From Heterodontus francisci (lineage: Eukaryota), in NCBI RefSeq assembly GCF_036365525.1, contig NC_090387.1:76817300-76881299 (forward strand): a stretch of 64,000 bases of DNA. Reading direction: 5' to 3'. The notes under the pieces were generated by a model. It was not told the origin of the DNA. It did not search any database and worked only from the letters and a program-made list of their open reading frames with translations. Positions 25,885 to 36,100 of the stretch are shown in pieces. A program made the translations under genes and the position numbers. Position 1 is the stretch's first letter. Every line of letters starts with the position of its first letter.

Positions 25885-28800
25885 AGAATCATAGAACGTT
25901 TCGGGCATAGAAAGGGGCTACTTGGCCCGTCGTATCTGCGCCAGCCGAAAAAAGAGCTACCCAGCCTAACCCCATTTTCCAGCATTTGGTCCCTAGCCCT
26001 GAAGGTTACGACACTTGAAGTGCATATCCAAATACCTTTCAAATGGAATGAGGGTATCTGCCTCTAATACGCTCAGAGGCAGTGAGTTCCAGATGCCTAC
26101 CACCCTCTGGGTTAAAACAAAATCTCCTCTCCAATCCTTCTACTTATCATTTTATGTCTATGCCCCCTAGTCACTAACGTCTCTGCTAAGGTAAGTAGGC
26201 CCTTCCCATCTACTCCATCCAGGCCTGTCACAGTTTTCGACAACTCCATCAAATCTGCCCTGAGCCTACATTGTTCCAAGGAGAACAATGCCAGATATCG
26301 AATCTTTCCTCCCAGCTACATTTTCCAGTCCTGGCAACAGCCTCGTAAATCTCCTCCGGACCCTCTCTTGTGCAAATTGCATCCTTTCTCCAGGAATCTC
26401 TCAAGTATCACTGAAATGCGTTGAAATGTGTGAAATTATAGCAGAACATTCTCTATATACACAATTGCTGACCTAACCATTCATTTCCTCACCTCCAGCC
26501 TTTCTCATAAAATATTGCGAGCACACAAGAAATAAGAGCCGAAGCAGGCCATATAGCCCATCGAACCTGCACTGCCATTCAATACAATCATGGCTGATCT
26601 TGGGCTTCAATTCCACTTTCCTACCCAGTCCCCATATCCCTTGATTCCCTGCGAGACCAAAAATCTATCTATCCCAGCCTTAAATGTATTCAATGGTGGA
26701 GCATCGACAACCCTCTGGGGTAGAGAATTCCAAAGATTCTCCTTTGAATGAAGCAATTTCTCCTCATCTCAGTCCTGAATGATCAGCCCCTTAGTCTGAG
26801 GCTGTGTCCTTTCGAAATATTCTATGCCTCAATTAGATCGCCTCTCATTCTTCTAAACTCCAGTGAACATAGGCCTATCATCATAGGACAACGCCCTCAT
26901 CCCAGGGACCACTTCAGTAAATCTTTGCTGCACCGCCTCCATTGCAAGTATATCCTTTCTTAAATGTGAAGACCAAAACTTCACACAGTATTCCAGGTGC
27001 TGTCTCATCAAAGCCCTGCACAATTTTAGTAAGACTTCTTTATTCCTGTATTCCAATCCGCTTGCCAGCATGCCGATTGCTTTACGAATAGCCTGCAGCA
27101 CCGAGGTTCCTTTTACGAGTACACCCAAGTCTCTCTATTAGGCTAACTGACCTGTTTCACTACACAATGAGATCTAAGATAACTAGTCGGTTCTACAACA
27201 TATTGCTCCAAGAAATTGTCAGGGAAACATTCCACAAATTCATCTTCTAGACCGCTTCTGCCAATTTGATTGTCCCAGCGTATATGCAGATTAAGGTTCC
27301 CCACAATTAATACATTACATTCATTACAAGCGCGAATAATTTCCCATTTAATGCTTTGTCCAATAATGTAACTACTTTTAGGGGGCCTGTAAACTACTCC
27401 TGCTGTTCCCAATTTCCACCCAAACTGCTTCTACCAAGATCTTCTGAAGCAGAGCTCCTCTTATTAATGTCTTTATGCCATCCTTTATTGTCGGGGCTAT
27501 CCCTCCTCCTTTGACCTTCTGTCTGTCTCTCCGAAATATTGTGTAACCTGTAATATTCATTTCCCAACCTTGATCTCCTTGTCACCATGTCACAGTAACG
27601 GCAATTCGATGTAGATCATTTATCATAATGGAAATGAGATCTAGACCATTTATCTCTATTCGTGCCATTAATTCAACTATCTTATTACAGATGCTTAGTG
27701 CATTCAGAATTTTAATTTCATTTTTACCTCTGTTCTCTGCAATGACCTCGTTTGCTGATTTACATTTTTGTTAAACTCTCTGTCCCTTCCTGTCCCATTC
27801 TGTAGGCATTTACCCACATCATTATCCTGCTCCGATGCCCTGACCTCTCTCTTTGGATTTCTAGATTTCCCTTTACCCAAACCCAACCCCAACCCTTTTA
27901 GTTTAAAGCCCTGCCCACGGCCCTAGTTATGCGATTGACTGGGACACTGGTCCCAGCCCGGTTCATGTGAAGCCCAACCCAATGGAATAGCTCTCTGTGC
28001 CCTAAGTACTGATCCAGCGCCCCAAGAATCGAAACCCTTTTTTCCCACAGCACTCTTTGAGCCATGTGTTTAGTTCTCTAATCTGCTTGACCCTGTGCCA
28101 ATTTGTCCTTGGCCCAGGTAACAATCCTGAGACGATTAACTTTGGTATACTGCATTTTAGTTTGGATCCTAACTCCTCAAATTCTCTAAGCAGAACATCA
28201 TTTTAGTTCTACCTATGTCAATAGTTCCTATATACACCACGACAACTGGATCCTCCCCCTCCCACCAGGTTCCTCTCCAGCTGCGAGGCGATGTCCTTAA
28301 CCCTGGCACCCAGCAGGCACACAGCCATCAGAGCTCCCCGTCATGGCTGCAGAGAACAGTATCTACCCCCTTAATATACTGTTTCCTATCACTACCACAT
28401 TCCTCTTTATTCCCCATCCCCCCCCCCCACCGCCTCCCCCAATCCACTGGAATTACATCTCTCATCATGGTGTCATGGTCAGTCCACTCATCCACCTTGC
28501 AGTCCTTCTCCTCATCCACACAGGTCGCAATGACCTCGACTCTGCTGGACAAGGTCAGGGCTGGGGCTTCTCCATCACTACATGCTGATTACTCTACCTG
28601 CCTCCCTCGCTGTCACACCCTCCTGTCCATGGCCTTCTTTCATGCTCTCCCTACTCTCAGGGTGTGACTGCATCTGGAACAAAGTGTCCAGACAACTCTA
28701 CCCCTCTCTGATGCTCCGCAATGTCTGCAACTCAGTCTCCTGCTCAACAATTCTGAGCTGAAGTCGTGCAAGCTGCAAACACCTACAACAGACATGGTTG
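25885..28800 (-). mobile_element. Two old CR1 remnants (3' fragment about 25885-26380; deleted longer copy about 26520-28800)
   Basis: HLEYCVKFWS, VVYRPP, LIVGNLN, GYTIFRRDR..GGG remnants; heavily mutated. Confidence 0.75.
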
Positions 28801-29729
28801 TCTGAGATTGCAGTGAATTCCACAGATTCCTACATGCTGTAGTTGTAGCAAGCCACCAGCCCTGCCATCTCTGTGCGACTTTATTTTTTAACTCGTCAAT
28901 TAGTCAATAATTCACGCAGCAGGAGTAATGGAAAGTTGTACTCATCTACCTTGGAGTCAAAGGAAGAATCCTTACCAGCTGCTGGAAGCTAAAACAAGAT
29001 AGGAATAGGAGCCCCTCGTTTTCCCTCTGCAGGTAATTCCCACGTGCACCAAATTTCCAACTTCATTCTGGCAATGTCTCACTCATGCAGATGTAACCTC
29101 TCACTGCATCCCCTCACTGAAAGCTATTTAAGAACTCGTTATGAGCAAATTATTAAAGTTCCCAGGTTGTGCATATTTTGCCTTTCTAGTATACTAAGTA
29201 GCAGCTTACAGCTGAAGGGACGTGTAAGAATAATCACCTCATGAAATTCTCCACAAGGAATTCGCACATATTTTATTAATTCATTGTTCGTGGGTTTCAA
29301 TGGTAAGGCCATTATTTTTTGCCCGTCCCATAAAGGAATGGTGGTGAGCCACCTTCATGAAGACAACTGAGTGCTTCAGAGGGATGTTAAGAGTCAATTA
29401 CATCGCTATAACTTGGAGTCACATGCAGGCCGGGCTGGATAAGGGTAGCGGATTTCCCTTCCATAAGGGCATTAGTGAACCTGATCATTTTTGGCAACAA
29501 TCCAATGGTTTCCTGGTCACCATTACCAGCTTTTAATTGTAGGTTTATTCAACAAATTGAATTTATATTCCCCAGGTGGAATTCGAGCTCGTGTCTCCAG
29601 ATCTTTAGTCCAGACCTCTGGTTTATTGTTCTATAACATAACCACTATGCTCCTGCATCAGCTACCACATCTTACGCTAAGAGAAACAAACTGTCTCAGC
29701 CACTGGCGACAATTATTGATTTGTGATTG

Positions 29730-32700
29730 GTGATAATGGCTTCTTTCCTTGCTCCTGCACTGTTACCTCTGTTGGCCTACCATGGATCTATCCTTGGCTT
29801 CTGCCTATTCCTCGTTTACTTGTTGCCTTGTCACAACAACATCCAAAAATGGTGTCAGTTTCCACATGTACGCTGATGGCAAGCAGTTCTACCTTATCAC
29901 CACCTCTTTTGATCCCTCCACTGTCTCGCTAAATTTGAGACTGCGTGTCTGATATCCTGTACAGGATGTGCAGAAATTTCCTCCAATCAAATATTGGGAA
30001 GATTAAACCCATTGTATTTGGAGCCTGCTACAAAATCCATTCCCTAATAACTGACGTCCTCCCTTTCCCTAGCAACTATCTGGGGTCTACTCGGACTGTT
30101 TTCAACCCTGGTGTCATATTTTTCTCCAGGATTAGGTTCTGATCACATATCTTCACCATCATTAAGACTGCCTACTTCAACTTCCGTAACATTGTCGACT
30201 CCACCCCAGACTCACTTAATTTGCCTTTCTACCTCTAGACTTGACTACTCTAATGCACTCCTTGCCAGCCTCACATGTTGTACCCTCTCTAAACATGTGG
30301 TCATCCAGAACTCTGCTGTCAGTGTCCTAACTCGCAACAAGTGCCCTTCATTCATCTCCCTATGCTCGCTGACCTACATTGGCTCTTGGTTAAGCAGTGA
30401 CTTGGATAACGTGGGATATTGTGAGCCAAGTCCAAAAGAAAAAGGAAGCATTCGTAAGGGCTGGAAGGCTGGGAACAGACGAAGCCCTTGAGGAATATAA
30501 AGACAGTAGGAAGGAACATAAGCAAGGAGTCAGGAGGGCTAAAAGGGGTCATGAAAAGTCATTAGCAAACAGGATTAAGGAGAATCCCAAGGCTTTTTAT
30601 ACGTATATAAAGAGCAAGAGGGTAACCAGGGAAAATGTTGGCCCACTCAAGGACAGAGAAGGGAATCTATGTGTGGAGCAAGAGGAAATGGGCGAGGTAC
30701 TAAATGAGTACTTTGCATCAGTATTCACCAAACAAAAGGACTTGGTGGATGATGAGTCTAGGGAAGGGAGTGTAGATAGTCTGGGTCATGCTATTATCAA
30801 AAAGGAGGAGGTGTTGGGCGTCTTGCAAAGCATTAAGGTAGATAAGTCCCCAGGGCCTGATGGGATCTACCCCAGAATACTGAGGGAGGCAAGGGAAGAA
30901 ATTGCTGGGGCCTTGACAGAAATCTTTGTATCCTCATTGGCTACAGGTGAGGTCCCAGAGGACTGTAGAATAGCCAATATTGTTCCTTTGTTTAAGAAGG
31001 GTAGCAAGGATAATCCAGAAATTATAGGCCGGTTTAAGAAGGGTAGCAAGGATAATCCAGAAATTATAGGCCGGTGAGCCTTACGTCAGTGGTAGGGAAA
31101 TTATTAGGATTCTTCGGGAGAGGATTTACTCCCATTTGGAAACAAATGGACTTATTAGCGAGTGGCAGCATGGTTTTGTGAAGGGGAGGTCGTGTCTCAC
31201 TAACTTGATTGAGTTTTTTGAGAAAGTGACGAAGATGATTGATGAAGGAAGGGCAATGGATGTTGTCTATGTGGACTTCAGTAAAGCCTTCGACAAGGTC
31301 CCTCATGGCAGACTGGTACAAAAGGTGAAGTCACACGGGATCAGAGGTGAGCTGGCAAGATGGATACAGAACTGGCTCGGTCATAGAAGACAGAGGGTAT
31401 CAGTGGAAGGGTGCTTTTCTGAATGAGGGGATGTGACTAGTTGTGTTCTGCAGGGATCAGTGCTGGGACCTTTGATGCTTGTAGTATATATAAATGATTT
31501 GGAGGAAAATGTAGCTGGTCTGATTAGTAAGTTTGCGGACGACACAAAGGTTGGTGGAGTTGCGGATAGTGATGAGGATTGTCAGAGGATACAGAAGGAT
31601 ATAGATCAGTTGGAGACTTGGGCGGAGAAATGGCAGATGGAGTTTAATCCGGACAAATGTGAGGTAATGCATTTTGGAAGATCTAATACTGGTGGGAAGT
31701 GTACAGTAAATGGCAGAACCCTTAGGAGTATTGACAGGCAGATCTGGGCGTACAGGTCCACAGGTCACTGAAAATGGTGATGCAGGTGGATAAGATAGTC
31801 AAGAAGGCATACGGCATGCTTGCCTTCATCGGTCGGGGCATCGAGCATAAAAATTGGCAAGTCATGCTGCAGCTGCACAGAACTTTATTTAAGCCACACT
31901 GAGAATAATGAATGCAATTCTGGTCGCCACACTACCAGAAGGACGTGGAGGCTTTGGAGAGGGTACAGAAGAGGTTTACCAGGATGTTGCCTGGTCTGGA
32001 GGGCATTAGCTATGAGGAGAGGTTGGATAAACTCGGATTGTTTTCACTGGAACAACGGACGTGCAGGGGCAACATGATAGAGGTTTACAAAGTTATGAGC
32101 GGCATGGACAGAGTGGATAGTCAGAAGCTTTTTCCCAGGGTGGACGAGTCAGTTACTAGGGGACATAGGTTGAAGGTGAGAGGGGCAAATTTCAGAGGGG
32201 ATGTGCGAGGCAAGTTCTTTACACAGAGGTTGGTGAGTGCCTGGAACTTGCTGCCGGGGGAGGTGGTGGAAGCAGGTACTATAGCGACGTTTAAGAGGCA
32301 TCTTGACAAATACATGAATAGGATGGGAATAGAGGGATACGGTCTTGGAAGTGCAGAAGGTTTTAGTCTCGACAGGCATCAAGATCGGCGCAGGCCTGGA
32401 GGGCCGAATGGCCTGTTCCTGCGCTGTACTGTTCTTTGTTCTTTGTAAAGTTCCCTTCCATGTTTTCAAAACCCTCCATGACCTCACCCCTCGTTACCTC
32501 TGTAATCTCCTCCAGCCACGCAACCCTCAGAGATATCTATGCTCTTCGAATTCTGGCCTGTTGAGCACCTCCGATTTTAATCACACCACCATTGCTGGCC
32601 ACGACTTCAGCTGGCAATGCACGAGGCACACAAATTCCCTCCCTAAATCTTTCCACCTCTTTATTCCCCTTTCCTCTTTTAAAACGTTACTTAAAACATA

Positions 32701-32855
32701 CCTCATTTATATAGGTTTTGTTCAATCACCCTACTATCTCCTAATGTGACTCGCTGTCATATTTTGCATTTCTAACGCTCCCACGAAGCAGGTAGGGACG
32801 TTTTGTTGCTTCAAAGGCGCGATGTATATAGAAGTTGAGAAGTTGTTGATGTTGT
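29730..32855 (+). mobile_element. Old L2 LINE remnant split by a CR1 insertion
   Basis: GVSFHMYADG and SRLDYSNALL..IQNSAV before 30400; the L2 sequence resumes at 32446 and ends in a GTT-rich tail. Confidence 0.75.
30401..32445 (+). mobile_element. 5'-truncated CR1 LINE with a perfect 42-bp internal tandem duplication (30991-31074)
   Basis: ORF2 RT fragments; same subfamily as 21260-23238 and 5843-6536. Confidence 0.92.
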
Positions 32856-33114
32856 AAATTTTCCATTTGGAATTTGGATATTATTTTTTTCTGATGCTTT
32901 TTTGGCCTTGATATCGGCGACTCCACTTGTTGTCTAGGACCAGAACGGCCATCAAACTTCACTTCACAAACGAAACCTTTTTTGTGAACCCACAGACATA
33001 GGATGTCAAACGTCATTATGACGCATTTCAGATTAAATTATCTGCAAACCTTTTCACAGTGTCGCAAAGAGCACGTTCAACGCAGTCAGTAATCAGTTGA
33101 ATATTTAACTCGGA

Positions 33115-33175
33115 ATGTTGTCCAGTGTTATATTTCTGTTTCTGTTCCTGTCTCTCCCGGGGATCATTTACCCAG
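33115..33175 (+). CDS. Gene A exon 1: signal peptide MLSSVIFLFLFLSLPGIIYP
   Basis: ATG at 33115, hydrophobic core, phase-1 donor CAG|GTACCT; 193-bp intron to the V exon. Confidence 0.82.
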
Positions 33176-36100
33176 GTACCTGTTTATTCTCAAACCAACC
33201 GTGTCTTTAAAAACAATACCGTAATTAGTTACCATACTAGCCGAACTAAAATTAGTTCGTCCGTCTGTAATATTCTTTCTCTTTTGTATTTTCATGTAGA
33301 AGATGCTGTGAAGTGTACGGTTATGGAATGAATACAATCAACCAAACTTTAAATATATTTTCCAACAGCTGCTTCGGTCACTTTGATCAGCGTGTTTCAA
33401 ACTCCCGAACAAGTAATTACGTTAAACGGGACAGACATCACCTTTTACTGCGTAATCCCCCTTTCTGATGACAATTCAGGGGTCGAAGTACGTTGGTGGA
33501 AAAAGGGCGAGAATGAATATATGCAAACAGGAGTCGATAACAGAAAACAATTTGGTTTCAAAAATAAAGGAGGAGGTTTTTTCGCGTTGCTAAACGCGAC
33601 TTTCCAAGACTCTGGAGTCTATCACTGCGTAGTAATCCGTCAGGGAAAAATTATAGGAAATGGAACAGGATCAAATCTAACTGTATGTGGTAAGTGACCG
33701 ATGTGAACGGGAACGTCCAAATATATCAAATGTAGCTGTTTTGTCATTGTTATATTGCACCCGCTTTGATATTGTAAAACGTATATTGATACGTTTACAG
33801 TGAAACTCTGTACACAACTGCTAATTATGCGGCAAAATATTACCTGTCCTTTGCCGAGTTGCGTAAAACGCTATCAATATTAACAAGGTAACATGTTACA
33901 AATGCAATATACTGCGTATGCTAGAAATCTGAAATATATACAGAAATTGCTAAAAATGCGTAGCCGATTAGGTAATATCTGTGCAGAGGGAAACAGAGTT
34001 ACCGTTTCAGATTTATGACCTGCCATCAGTAAAATGTTACTGGATTCATCTCAAAATGTGCTTCTAACATCAGACTTCTGTTGATGGAAGCTGCGGAAAA
34101 ATGTCCAGATACGTGGATGACTGACTGAAATGTATTCCTACACGACACGGCTCTTGTTTGCACCGATGCTTTGAATGTAAGTGAGGTGTCACACTCTAAC
34201 AAAATTAATTGTCACATTCTGACAGACTGGTTCGCGTGACGGATTTCATATCACATGACATTAACTTTTAATCAATGGATTTTTCCAACAATCTGTCCAT
34301 GTACCAGAATTTCTCCACGTCTTTTGCCTCCAATAAATATAACATTCCGCAGAGACTGTGTCGCTGAAGCCCTCTGAGGTCGAACCGCAGGCAATTCCCC
34401 TCAGCCAATCTCATGCTCTGGCTATGTGAACTGCCCGATATCCACGACGGCCCTCATTTTATTACCGGTAATGGACAGATTATTCGTTTCTCTCGTGGGA
34501 TGACAGACAGACTTAGAATTAATAACAAACATGGATACACTCGAAAATAGTATTTTCCTCAGTAACGTCTCCTCGGTAACCTGATTTCCCCCATTTTCTG
34601 TTCCGCAGCTCCCCCAACCCCATTGAAGCTTTTCTCCAAGCCACCCCAGAACAATTCAGCTACGACTCTGCATCTTGTTTGTGAATCGGCTGCGTTTTAT
34701 CCGGGCGATTTCACCCTCGTTTGGTATAAAAATGGCACCAAAGTCGCAACTGGGATAAATCCGAAAAAATGGCAGAACGCTGAGGGACTTTATGAAGTTT
34801 CCAGCTCTTTGGAAGACATGCAGCCTGTGCCCAACGGGGCTGTTTACATCTGTTTGGTATCTCATATTTCCCTCCAGGTTCCCGCTATTGGCCTCTACGC
34901 GGTTAACAATTCATGCTCAGGTACGGGGTCAACAGGCCATATCGTGTGGTCAGCAATTTGTATATTCGGAAAGGAATTATCATAGTGTTTAATGATATCT
35001 ATTATCGTAAAGATAGTTTGACAATACTAAAGTAAAGAGAAAATTAACGTTTGATTGTAAAAATTGTTGAGCCGAACCTATTGTCAAACCGAAGTACCTT
35101 CTACCCTGAAACCGCCTGTTCAATCCTATTATTTTACATATCTTGCTTATTATTAATTATTGAAATTTGTCCTCTTGTTGAACTGACTTTATTCTTTCCC
35201 ATTATCTGTTTTCCTCTCATGACCTGCGGAACCAGGCTGGACAGTTTGTTTGTTTAGCCTGTGTGGTGCGATTCGCTGTGAATAGGCGACACCTCCATGA
35301 TACAGAGGTTTGGTTTGGGAACTTGTTTCATGCAGTTCCTTCGGAATGTGACCCCAGATTTGTTTCCCTTACAATTGGTTGCAACATGCCAGTTTATTGA
35401 TAACTAGTTTCCTGTAATTGATAAAGAACCGTGTGTGAATTTCAATTCCTGTTCAATAAATGCAGTCCACAGAATTGAGTTAGCATTTCAACCGAATTCA
35501 TACAATAAGCATTTTTTCTAAGGTAGTGGCGCGTCACGTGCCACAGTATTGTTACGATTGCATCAAACAATAATTTAAGAGCAAATGAAAAGCCAAGTAC
35601 AGGAAAAATCCTTTCTGTTCAGCGAAACTAACTCATTTGGAATTCTAATCCTCCCAAACCAATATTCAGAAAATCCGAAACTGGTATTCCTCCTCGCATA
35701 ATATTCCAGCCGTATGCATCCTTTGTGAGAAGTGCCATTTGCTATCAGATCCAGAAATATAAATTAAGATTCATTTCAAATAACCCTCTCCCTCGCCTAA
35801 TTGTTGTAAATATGGGCAGTAGTTTAACCAACAAATTATCTCAAAGTCTCGTTTTTAGGTAATGACTGAAACAAATTAGAACTCAGTACCAATCTTTTTA
35901 ATCTTGCAGAACCTGATGATAAATATTATTACATCTGGGGTTCTGGATGTGCAGTTGGTGGATTGGCGTTTCTGGTGTTCATGATTATAATTGGAACGAG
36001 ATGCAGTTTGAAGAATAAAGGTAAGTATTTCGTTATCGTTTGATTTTAATACAAATCTTCAGGGTAATAGCGAGAGCGTCCAGGGCGGTACAGAAAGAGA

